Positions 1 through 10,773 of a stretch of DNA of 64,000 nt are shown here, piece after piece. A model generated the notes under the pieces. It saw only the letters and a list, made by a program, of their open reading frames with translations. It did not search any database and was not told where the DNA came from. Positions within the stretch are counted from its first letter, which is position 1, and each line of letters starts with the position of its first letter. The DNA is from Epithemia pelagica (Eukaryota; Protista; Bacillariophyta). The stretch lies in the NCBI GenBank assembly GCA_946965045.2, contig OX337228.1:1302001-1366000 (forward strand), written 5' to 3'. The position numbers and the translations under genes were made by a program.

Positions 1-711
1 GCCAACGAGCTTCCGTTTCCACCAGAGTCATCAAACTCGTCCAATCAGACCATGAGATTTACATAGCAAAAACTGGGTCGGCACGAGCACAAAAACAATC
101 GGACGAATAGGAACAGGAAAACATTTGTTTAAACCAGTGCGTAACAAAGAACAGTTCTCAAATTCATGAGTATCAATCATACACAAGACAGCGGTGTGCC
201 ACGGAACGATGCAAACCAATTCAGGACAGCCAGTCTGTTTGCGGCTACAAAGATGGACGCACTCCGATCGATGGACACAAGAGAACTGGTTTAGTTTATG
301 CTGTAGGATTTCCAATGGATGTACGGTGTTGCTGCTATGAGACTCTGATTTTGTAAAGTCTTGTTGTGGGTGCGGTTCACCCCCAGCCACAAGAACACCC
401 TCACCATTAGATTAGAAGATGGATGATCATGGTCTATTTGTCATTGCTGTAGTTTTCGATTGTTGTGGTTGTTGATGATGATTTGCAAGGTTTCCTTTTG
501 GTTATGGACTGCTCCGTCCAGATCAAACCGGTTTCGTGCCGTTCCCCCAAACCAGGGAAGCCAACCATCATCCAATAAACATACACACACACAAGCAAAC
601 AGAGCAACAATGCAATTGAGTAGGATAGGAGTCGAGAAGTCTTGACATTGTCCGAGTCTTCCACAAAAGAAAGAGTGAGAGAATTCCTGTGTTTCTTTCT
701 GCCCTTCGTAT

Positions 712-2952
712 TTAAATGGCGGCAAATCGTTCTTGGGGTCCTCCTGGTGCCACACCCGGTTGTCCCAAGAGACAGGTCAATTCTCGCAACAGGGCCAAAT
801 TCCGTTCGCGACTGCTGCTATTATGATTGCCATTACCATGTCCATTCGATTGCGAATAATAGGATCCATCGTCTGTTCCAGCAAAGGATGAGGAAGCAAA
901 CGAAAAGGCGGAATCACCACTTTGACACGAGGCAGCATCGGTGGTATCTACCACAGTCGGAGCCGCATTCACAATGCGATGCACTTCTTGTTGAATGTCT
1001 TGCAAGCGCAAGAGATGCAAATTCGCGGCATGCGCATGAGTATGGGGAGGAGGAGGTGGATGCATCATACCCGCAGTGGTGTTGCTGTTTGGATCCGATT
1101 CGGTTTGCATAAAGACCGTTGAAGGAGGATGCATGGAGGAGGACGGTGCCATGGTTTCCTGTGAGGGAGGTGACGGTTGGTACGGAACGGACAATGACGG
1201 CGAGTTGGATCCAATCATGGCCACAAGTTCCGATTCCAGGGTCCGCAAATATCCCAAGGCTTGAAGAATTTGCGTTTGTTTGTGTTGCAATCGTTTGTAC
1301 TTTTTCATGGACAAAATGGCACCGGTCGCATTTCCACTATTGTATCGGGCCTTGGCACGATCCAAATGGACACGAACCGATTTCCTCATATCCGTTTCTT
1401 GTTGTGTCAAATGGGCCATGCTTGTGTGGATATGCGACAGAATCTGTAGGGGTTGCAAGGGAGGAGGAGCTACGGGCGGTGTTGTTACTGCTCCTCCCGA
1501 CGAAGCAGCAGAAGAAGAAAAGGCTTGATGTGACGATTCACCGCCACCACCACCCACTCCCGGCAACAAGAGTTGTTTCAAATGATTCAAGCTATTTCGA
1601 CGACGAATCTTGTGTGGACTCATGGGTGGTTCCATTCCTCCACCACCAGCTGCGGCGGCTGACGAGCCAGCAGTCGAAGAAGGAGGATGTTGAGAATACC
1701 AGACCATGTTATCTTCTGGGGTGTTTGTCGTTTTGGGGTCATCCACCATCATAGAAGACGATGGTTGAGGATGCTGCTGTTCTTGTGAGGAGGAGGATAA
1801 CGGTGATGGAAGTATTTGCTGCTGGTGATGATAGGATGATTGTGATTGAGGTTGTGTATGTTGCTGTTGTTCGGTCCATGAGGTTGTAGGGACATGGTTG
1901 TTATGATTGTTATTGGAATTAGGATTGAAGGACATGCTTCCCCAAAAATGCATGCCACTCAAACTCGATCGTCGCGTATTCGAAGGAGGATTATTGTTGG
2001 TATTATTCGTTGAATGGATACCAACACCAGCATTCGTGAATAGTGGTGGTTGATGCAAATTTCGTAAGCTTTGCATCTTATCCAATCCCCGCTGTAACAA
2101 GGATCCTCTTCGTTTGGCACGTTGTGGTGGAGACGCTGGCGCAACAGTGGTAGTAGTAGCGGTGGCTGCGCTTGTGGGATGAGAAGGATCTCCCGCTCCA
2201 CTACTCTGTATTGTATGTGTGGGTGCCAGTGTTGTTGTCGCAGTGGTTTCGGTCAACCCCAGACTGCTGTGTCTTCGAACATGATGAGGATTCATGGTAA
2301 TGGGATGATACGACGGTTGTGCAGCCGCAAAGGTCATGGGAGGATTGGAATCTTCTCCCAATACTGCCGCCGCGGCTGGACTGGACAGAGATGATGTTCC
2401 TCCATGAGCTGAAGAAGTTCCCAATTGTTGCATTTTGGCCAAAAAGGATCCTCTTCGTTTGGCACGAACTGGAGGAGGAGAAGCCGCAGCCGAAGAAGAA
2501 GACGTAGCCGCCGGCTCCAGGGTCATGTTCATGGTCATGGGGGGCGCATTGCCATTTGCAGCAGCAGTCATTGCAGGAGACGGTAAGGCAGTGGATGGCC
2601 CACTCCCCGCTCCACCCGCACCACCACTATCGCTCAAGTCGCTCGATTCGGCTGTTGTTGTTTCTTCTTCCTCTCCATTCAACGACGACGAGTTGTTGTT
2701 GTTGTGATTGTGATAAGGACTGTTGGTATTGCTGTGGCTGCTTGTGGAGTGACTTGTACTGGTAGTGCTCATATGGCTCGGACTGCTCAAAAAGCAGCGA
2801 CTACTTGCGGTGGTCATTTTGATCATGCCCTTGACATTATTGCGATGAGGGAGATCTGATGGCATGGACGAAATGGGTGCTTCCATGGACATTCTTCTTC
2901 TTGTGTGGCAAAGGTCAGGAGGAGGCATGAGACTGGCTGTATGACTTGCCAT
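712..2952 (-). CDS. Hypothetical low-complexity (S/T/P/Q/H/N-rich) protein with repeated RRxS motifs and a short C-terminal helical domain
   Basis: 758-codon ORF; first ATG at 2952 (MASHTAS). Motifs RAKRRGS x2, RRRNS, RRRMS, RRHSS, RRSS. Helical segment RARYNSGNATGAILSMKKYKRLQ. Confidence 0.75.
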   Translation of the reverse strand: MASHTASLMPPPDLCHTRRRMSMEAPISSMPSDLPHRNNVKGMIKMTTASSRCFLSSPSHMSTTSTSHSTSSHSNTNSPYHNHNNNNSSSLNGEEEETTTAESSDLSDSGGAGGAGSGPSTALPSPAMTAAANGNAPPMTMNMTLEPAATSSSSAAASPPPVRAKRRGSFLAKMQQLGTSSAHGGTSSLSSPAAAAVLGEDSNPPMTFAAAQPSYHPITMNPHHVRRHSSLGLTETTATTTLAPTHTIQSSGAGDPSHPTSAATATTTTVAPASPPQRAKRRGSLLQRGLDKMQSLRNLHQPPLFTNAGVGIHSTNNTNNNPPSNTRRSSLSGMHFWGSMSFNPNSNNNHNNHVPTTSWTEQQQHTQPQSQSSYHHQQQILPSPLSSSSQEQQHPQPSSSMMVDDPKTTNTPEDNMVWYSQHPPSSTAGSSAAAAGGGGMEPPMSPHKIRRRNSLNHLKQLLLPGVGGGGGESSHQAFSSSAASSGGAVTTPPVAPPPLQPLQILSHIHTSMAHLTQQETDMRKSVRVHLDRAKARYNSGNATGAILSMKKYKRLQHKQTQILQALGYLRTLESELVAMIGSNSPSLSVPYQPSPPSQETMAPSSSMHPPSTVFMQTESDPNSNTTAGMMHPPPPPHTHAHAANLHLLRLQDIQQEVHRIVNAAPTVVDTTDAASCQSGDSAFSFASSSFAGTDDGSYYSQSNGHGNGNHNSSSRERNLALLRELTCLLGQPGVAPGGPQERFAAI

Positions 2953-4354
2953 GGTCGAGAACAAGGATGGCTTTTGTTGCTTAAACACAGGTGATATTGT
3001 GCGAATGCGAGAAAGGATTCAGAACCAAGTGATCTCTATGATGAATCGATCGCTTGGTCAATGCACTCAACGTGAGACTACCTAGGCGAAAGCAGTCAAG
3101 GTCACGCTATCAATAACCAGTCTGCCAAACAAAGTCCACAACGACAACACTGCAATATAAGAAACCAACGAGAAAGAGGAACAAAGCAACAACAAGAGAT
3201 AAATCATGGAATTTCGCGAGTGCTCTGAAAAAACCCAACACGGTACACGGTACTACGACTCTCCGTACTATATCGGGCAGGGCATTTCCCAGTGGTACTA
3301 AAAACTGTCATAGCGAAGGTCTCTTGTCTCTTGTCTGATCTTGTAACCAATCGTGCCTACTGTCTTGTAGTTGATCTTTTGTTGGGTGTGATGGGGGCAA
3401 TACGAAAATCTGGTCGGAAAAATTGGGAGTACGAGGCACTGGTAATTGATACGGTTCGCATTCGCCAGTCCTTAGTCCTCAATGACTCCCCTCCCGTCTT
3501 TGTGTCTCGGGCCCATTCCCTCGATCCCTGCCCTTCAAAGACGTTAGCTACAGGTTCAAATAGCCTCATTCCGCCAGCGTCTCTCTTCCATCTATGCCCA
3601 GAGGTTCGCTCCACATTTTTGTAAAGGTGGATTGTGGATTTGTCTTCACAAAATCGACCCCTATCTTGTCTATGCATGTCCAATGTCCATAGTGCTTAAA
3701 ACACACATGACGCTCTATGACACACAGAATCGTACGGTACTTTCATTTCGCCGCCAACTTAGGAAGAAAAGAGATGGATAGATAAATAGAGAGAGGCAGC
3801 AAGGACAATCGCACCAGTCGCCTCTTGAATGAGAACGACAAATGGTCAATGCTACCCAATAAAAAGAGTCAATTTTATGTGGCCTTAGATCCATTTTGCT
3901 CAACAGTATGAGAGCAAACGAGGAGTTTTTTCTATATTGCAAGCCAAACAAACCAAACATTCCAGATCCTCGCAAACGCTGCGCTTCTCACGAGTTGAGA
4001 CCAATCTACACGATGTGTAGTGTCGTCCAATATTTTGATGTTCATTCAAAAAATATAGAGTAAATGTTATAGTTAGATTAGAGTATTACGATTCGCACGA
4101 CACCGTTGATGCCCCCCTCCAGTATTGGATACGGTTGACGCAAGCATGCACACACGCACACAGTATGGCATGAGAGTGCAATACATGGGTAGGTGCAAAC
4201 GCAGCGCGTTTCAGTATCGTTCGGTTCGGCCAGGCCAAATCTATTGCGTGTTTGTAGCCCCTTTCTCGTTCTCGTTCTCCCATTGATAGAGGCCCAAGGT
4301 CTTGTGTGTGTATCTCGTTGTTTGTGATAAAGAGTCGACAGGAAAACCAGAGTG

Positions 4355-6139
4355 TTAAATCTCAATCACTTCGGCCAACTGTTCTGGATCTGCCGGTGCA
4401 TTGCGAATCATTTCTTTGCCATCCTTGGCAAAATGTTTTTCAATGGCCAACAAGGTTCGTAAGGAGGCTTCGTCTTGAACCAAATTAATGGCGGTGCCCT
4501 TGCGTCCAAATCGACCCGTCCGTCCAATACGATGCAAGTACGTTTCATAATCCGCCTCTATGGAATTGCCATGATTCTCGGAAACAGTAGGAATATTGTA
4601 ATTTATCACCAAACAGACATTGTCCACATCGACACCCCGCGCCAGAACATTGGTGGTAATCAAGACGGTGGATTGTCCATCGCGAAAGGCTTGCATGGTG
4701 GCATCGCGTTGACTGGGATCCACATCGCCGTGCAAGACGGAACAGGTATAGCCGGATTCGGCCAAGGTTTGATGGACGGAATCGGCCTCTTGTTTGGTCC
4801 GTACAAAGACAATGCTTTGTCCAATCGTCAAGAGTTGATAAATGTCGGTCAAAAAGGCCAATTTGCCACCCTCGTATTGTCGTGTGTCGATCCATAATTG
4901 TTGAATCACATCCACGACCTAGTAGTATTCGCATGTCATGGGAAAGAGATGGAGAGGAGTGCAGGTGATTCAAACATACATACGCAACGGAACAACCCAA
5001 GGCGACCAACGGTTCAACCGAGAAAGAGAGAGCGAGCATTTGTACAACCAACCGACAAAGCATGATCCAATGAGAGAAAACGCAGAAGACGACAAAGGAA
5101 ACGAAAGTTCCAGTGAGCAAAGAAGAAATAACCAAGTCACTCCTCTTCTACATGCACCAAACAAAAGCACCACTCCTACGCTCGTGTTATACTCGATACG
5201 TACCAAAAATTCGGGTCCATCTTGAATCAAAATCTTGTCGGGTTTGTAGACCATTTTGCTGGCAAATTGAACGACTGGATCGGGAAAGGTGGCACTAAAC
5301 AAGAGACATTGACAGGTTTTGGCCAATTGCTTTTTGATCAATAAGGAATTGGCTCGAAAGCCCTTTTCCTCTACCATGGTATCGGCTTCATCCAAGACAA
5401 AGACTTTGATGGTCTTGGGTTTGAGAAATTTGCGTTTCAACCAATCCACCACCTTACCGGGCGTCCCCACCACGACATGGGCATTGACCGATTTGTTGGG
5501 CAAATAGGATCCCGCAATGGCCAATTGTACCTTGAGACCCTTCATGTTGGCCGCCATGGGTGTAATGGCCTTGTCGACAATTTGAATGGCCAATTCACGG
5601 GTCGGTGTCACGACCAAACTTTGTGTCGTGGGTGGATCGTCGACCTGCGTTCGATACAGCAGTCCGAGGGTAAAGGCGGCTGTTTTGCCACTGCCCGATT
5701 GGGCCTGTCCAATCAAATTGCGAGGTGGTGTCGCCAAAATGCGAGGCAGGGCCTGTTCTTGAATGGCCGAAGGTCGATCAAAGCCCATGGCAAACAAGGC
5801 ATCCAACAAGTGTTGCGGCAAATTCAATTCTTGAAAGGTCTTGACCGAGGATAGGTGAGAGGCGGTGTCCGATTGAATCACTTTTAATCGAGCGCCATTG
5901 TCACCTCCCGTTTGTGCCGTCCGTTGCTTTTGTCGTTCCAAGGCCAATTTTTGTAACCGTTGCGTCAATTCGTCATGCTCCTTTTTCTTTTTGATGCGTT
6001 CTTCGGCCGCCAATTCGGCCGCATCGACACCGGCGGCTCCTTCGTCGGATGCTTTGTCCTCTTGTTGAGGCTGTTTGGTATCGTCGGAATCGTTGGCCTC
6101 CTGACTGGTCGTCGTCGTTGTCGTTTCCGTGGTTGTCAT
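4355..6139 (-). CDS. DBP5: DEAD-box RNA helicase Dbp5/DDX19, two exons (5204-6139, 4355-4918), 499 aa
   Basis: Motifs AQSGSGKT, PTRELA, TPG, DEAD, FSAT, ARGVD, HRIGRTGRFG, and a PPRNLIGQAQSG context typical of Dbp5. A GTACGT...TAG intron at 4919-5203 joins EFL|VVDVIQQLW in frame. Confidence 0.94.
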
Positions 6140-6694
6140 GGTGGTGTTTGTCTTTGGGGGCTTTTTTCTGTTGTTGCAGATCAAACTCTTTGTTCGAAAG
6201 AGAGAAAAAGAGACGTGAATCTGTCGTATACGTCGGATGCCCTTGTCTCGAATGTCACTCGCGTTCGCCTTGCTTTGGTTTGCAGTTCGATCGTCTCTCT
6301 TGGTTTCGACGAGACCTGCACCCAAAGATGAAGACAAAAGAACCAAAGAGGTGTGTGTCTGTTGTCTGTGTCGTCGTCTCGCCAAATCTTGAAGGTGTGC
6401 CTTCTACTACTTCTTGCCGCTGGCAATGACAAATGACCCCCTACATTTTAGAAAGTAGGAACGAAGCGCGTGTTCGGGGGAGTATCGATCCAAGATTTCG
6501 AAAAGTACCGGGGAAAAATATCGATCCCGCCTCACGTGCATCCGGGAGTTACGTCACACCACCATGGAATGAAGTAAAGTGGTACAAGGTAAAATCTCGG
6601 GACAACCACAACAACAAGACGAGAGAGCATCCACCGACACTACAGCGAGTGTCTAGTAGGAACGAATCCAACCAAATACGAAACAACAACAACC

Positions 6695-7779
6695 ATGTCA
6701 GAAACCTTGACTCTTCGTGGCGCCTTGCGTGGTCACAATGATTGGGTAACCAGTATTGCCACGACGCCGGAAGATCCCAATTTGCTCCTCACATCGTCTC
6801 GTGATAAATCCGTCATGGTGTGGCAGTTGACCCATTCGACGACGAGTGGAGATGACGACTCCTATGGCTATGCTCGTCGGGCCTTGCGTGGTCATTCTCA
6901 TTTTGTGTCCGATGTCGTCATTAGTAGCGATGGTGCCTTTTGTTTGTCCGCCAGTTGGGATTCCGAATTGCGATTGTGGGATATCAGTACCGGCAAAACC
7001 ACTCGACGCTTTGTGGGACACGACAAGGATGTCTTGTCGGTGGCCTTCTCGGTCGACAATCGACAAATTGTGTCTGGTACGTATTCTAGAAACGAAACGA
7101 GAAGAATGCATGACAGAGAGACGACTGAATGAAGAAAGCTCTGTGCATGTTTTGTGGAGCTGGAACACTCATGTCTGTTTGCTATGAATGAACAACTTTA
7201 GGTTCTCGCGACGGTACGATTCGTTTGTGGAACACGTTGGGCGAATGCAAGTACATTATTAGCGGAGACGCCGAAGGTCACGATGAATGGGTGTCTTGCG
7301 TCCGCTTTTCGCCCAGTCAATCGGTCCCCCTGATTGTCTCGGCCGGTTGGGATCGATTGGTCAAGGTCTGGAACTTGACCAATTGCAAATTGCGCAACAA
7401 TTTGGTCGGCCACACCGGTTACTTGAATACCGTTTGTGTCAGTCCCGACGGCAGTTTGGCCGCCAGTGGCGGCAAGGACAACACGGCCATGTTGTGGGAT
7501 TTGAACGAAGGCAAGCGATTGTACAGTTTGGATGCCGGCGATATCATTAATGGACTCGTCTTTTCGCCCAACCGGTATTGGTTGTGTGCCGCCACGGACG
7601 ATGCCATTAAAATTTGGGATTTGGAAAGCAAACTCGTGGTGGCCACCTTGCGTCCCGAAGAATACGAAGTCACCAAGGTACCCAGCTGTACCTGCCTGGC
7701 CTGGTCCACGGATGGATCCACCCTCTTTGCCGGATATTCCGACAATATCATTCGAGTCTATGCCGTGGCGTCGATTTAA
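6695..7779 (+). CDS. RACK1: RACK1/Asc1 seven-WD40 ribosomal scaffold protein, two exons (6695-7076, 7202-7779), 319 aa
   Basis: [52 protein letters not shown] are RACK1 hallmarks. A 125-nt GTACGT...TTTAG intron restores IVSG|SRDGTIRLW. Confidence 0.97.
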
Positions 7780-8187
7780 CAAGACAAAACCGTAGTAGTA
7801 TACTAGTACAACATCAACAGCCGTATTCTATTAAGGATTGCTATGCGACCTGTCTTTCTCGGCATACTGTTCATGTTCCACACATATTGACACCAACAAA
7901 GTAGACGTGACCTGGGAATAAGATTGGAGGCCTGTCACTCGTCTAACATTCCCTCTTTCTAGAGGCCGGAAGCAGATACAAGACAGAGACACAAGAGAGA
8001 CAATCTAGCCCTACCTATTCAAAATGTCATCAATTTGAGGCGTCGTCAGGGACGACTCAAGAGCGACGTTAGAATTAGGACCCTGTGCTCTAGGTACAAA
8101 TAATAATGAGACAGCTCTTGCGCACGCCCGAGTGGTTCATTGATCTGGAACAGATACTAACAACGCATTGGATTTTTGTTGCAAGGA

Positions 8188-9690
8188 TTAACCTGTAATG
8201 AATTCGGAAGGACGGAAGAGTTCCTGCCGAAACTCTCGTCGGGGAGAATCCGGCACCGAGGGGTCGAGGGGAAAGAAGGTACGTTTTTGGTCCAACAAGC
8301 CCAATCGTCCATTGTTGTGGTTGTAATGAAAAGAAGTTGATGATTGACCCTGCCTCCCCATGGTATGATTCAAATAATACCATCGGACCGTTGAGGCATT
8401 CCCCAACAAGCCGGCCATTTGGGCATAGGTCGAATGTGCTACACCCACAAATGTGGTTTTGGTCGACATGGCAAAACAGAAATCTTGAATTCCCGATTGA
8501 TTGTGAATCAGTCGTACCTCCCATCCCTGTTCTTTCAAGGCTTGAGCATAGGGGATCGCCGTGTCCGCATAACGACTGATAATTGCCATCCGGTTACTGG
8601 CACTGTGGCTGTTATTGTTTTTACTGTCGCCAATGTTCGACATGGAGGGGGACACTGTTGGCGGTGGACCAAACAAATGGTGCGCGGCATCACCGGGCGG
8701 TATTTCCCAAAACTTTGGTTCCAGGGGTTTATTTTTTCGTACTCCCAATTCCTTCCGAAAGTTGCGAAAATGAAACACGGTTTCATCATCATACGGTTGC
8801 TGGGCGCAACACGACGGGTCGATGCGAAGCAAGTCACGAAGGTCGTAGTACAAATCGGCATCTTGCATTATAGCGTCCAAGCGCGTGAACATGACCATGG
8901 AGAGGAGAGGAATCGAGTAGGGATTGTCGGGAAACGAGGATGGCAAGGGAATGTAGGTGGAGTTGCTTGGAATTCCACGTTGGAGCTCTTGTTCCGCCTC
9001 GTACTGTTCTTTCAACAAGTCTCGAAGCAACTCAATTTGAGACGGGTTCATGACATTGTGCAAATTGACGCGGTCCTTTCGTCCTTCTAGCCACTTGGAT
9101 TGAGCCTCTACAACAGGCCGAAAATGTTTGGGGTCATGCCTGCCACCAGAAGAGTCAATGGTCCGCAATGCAGGAAAGCACTCATGAAACACAGTGCCCT
9201 TGATGTTATTCTCTAGAATCAAGCGAATGGAAAGACCGGGCAACGCTGCTTCGATAGTTCGTTGGATCTTACGAACTTGTGCCAAGAACAGTAGCTTGTT
9301 GCTCATGGCACCACCGTGCATCGAAACGAGCATGGTCAAGGTTCGATTCAACCACGGAACAAGAGTCGTCGACTCGTTCGTTGAGGAACGATTTGTCACG
9401 TTGGAGGAACTGCTGCCATTCGTCAAATGCTGGACGGTGACTCGTTCTTTGTTCTTGGTTTCCTGGACGTTGTTGTGGACCAATTGTTCTCCATGTTGGT
9501 GGACATAGATCCACAGGTCAGTGTTGAAATAGCCGCTGCCCAACAGCACCAACACGGACAGTACCACCAACGATTTCCGTACTGGTAGTAGAAAACTTGT
9601 TCGCGGTCGTTTGGTCCGAGTTTTACTACTTGGATTCCGTGTTGGGGACTGCTGCATCATTATTTGGGAGGATGGCAAAGACGAGAACAT
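8188..9690 (-). CDS. Type II membrane protein, putative fucosyltransferase-like glycosyltransferase
   Basis: 500-aa ORF with an N-terminal TM (SLVVLSVLVLLGSGYF) and S/T/N stem. VFHFRNF and DFCFAMSTKTTFVGVAHSTYAQMAGLLG resemble GT11/GT23 donor-binding motifs (function inferred). Confidence 0.65.
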   Translation of the reverse strand: MFSSLPSSQIMMQQSPTRNPSSKTRTKRPRTSFLLPVRKSLVVLSVLVLLGSGYFNTDLWIYVHQHGEQLVHNNVQETKNKERVTVQHLTNGSSSSNVTNRSSTNESTTLVPWLNRTLTMLVSMHGGAMSNKLLFLAQVRKIQRTIEAALPGLSIRLILENNIKGTVFHECFPALRTIDSSGGRHDPKHFRPVVEAQSKWLEGRKDRVNLHNVMNPSQIELLRDLLKEQYEAEQELQRGIPSNSTYIPLPSSFPDNPYSIPLLSMVMFTRLDAIMQDADLYYDLRDLLRIDPSCCAQQPYDDETVFHFRNFRKELGVRKNKPLEPKFWEIPPGDAAHHLFGPPPTVSPSMSNIGDSKNNNSHSASNRMAIISRYADTAIPYAQALKEQGWEVRLIHNQSGIQDFCFAMSTKTTFVGVAHSTYAQMAGLLGNASTVRWYYLNHTMGRQGQSSTSFHYNHNNGRLGLLDQKRTFFPLDPSVPDSPRREFRQELFRPSEFITG

Positions 9691-9940
9691 GGTCCTGGAA
9701 AAAGTTCAAAGACAGCACGGATGCGCTTTGTCAAACGACCCACAAAAGAAAGAATGAAGATGAAAGTAACTTTTAAATTCGCTATTGCTAGATTCAAACA
9801 CAAAAGAAAATGATAGTGTCGACCGGCGTGTTGCAACGACAAAGCCAGCCCGCACAATGGCCCTCTAGATGATAGACTTGTTTTAGTCGTGTGAACGTCG
9901 GCTGTGGTAGTGGGGAATTGGTCATGGTCAGTGTCCGACA

Positions 9941-10040
9941 CTCTCTCTAGCTAGCTAGAGGTAGAGAGCGAGGTAGAGAGCTTCCTGCTGTAGAGTAGGA
10001 GTACATAGGAGTAGCTCGCTCTCTAGCTAGCCTAGCTATC
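9941..10040. repeat. CTAG/TAGAG/GGAGTAG low-complexity tract
   Basis: ctctctctagctagctagaggtagagag...gtagctcgctctctagctagcctagct; similar tracts recur in other intergenic regions. Confidence 0.55.
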
Positions 10041-10773
10041 CCTACTTTGTCTGACCATGTCCCACGTAGGAGCGTAACTCCACTTTGTCCGTAATTGTCT
10101 TTCCCAATGACGGCCAACAGCCCTTCCGGAATGGAACATCTCGGCGTACGGGTAGAAACAAAGACAAAATACTGTGATACAATAGGCGCAGAAGATCGAT
10201 CAGGAGTATGATCCACGTCAGTAGATGTCATTCTCACCGCCGTCCTTCCGACGGCATTTCGTTCGTTCGGACCATGTCCTTCCAAACGCACATCAATCGG
10301 AAATCCACCAACCATCATCTTCCAAAATTCCCAATTCTTTCTGGGGTCGTCTCGTGACTCGAGACGCAACAGACGAACACACAGGTGCCATCAGAAGAGG
10401 ACAAGCCAGTCGTATACCTTCGACGGACAACAGAAATCACCAAGTGCAACCACGGCATCAAATCAAGAGCATCACAAACCCGAACGCAAACGATTGGTAT
10501 TCACCATATTATCTCCATTGCTCTCCTGCTCGTTCTATCTTGGGATCTTTTCTAGTGTTGGAATCTTTTGTCGTCTTGAGAGTTCCGTCACGGAAGAAAA
10601 AGCACGAGGAAGAGAACAAACAATCCTGATCCCATTCCTAAGAGAGAGACGAAAGACTACCTTCTCCTACCTACCTAGTATTGTCATTCGCAGCCCACCA
10701 GGAGGAGTGACAGCCGCCCATATTGGACCGACGAGGATCCACAAGCACGCAGACACCCAAACGCATCAAAAAG

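Noticed and set aside
1-700. Short ORFs at the window start (31-390, 434-664, 441-755)
   Set aside because: No recognisable domain or consistent splice model.
3000-4350. ORFs of 86-110 aa between the first gene and DBP5
   Set aside because: Mutually overlapping on both strands with no motifs; treated as intergenic.
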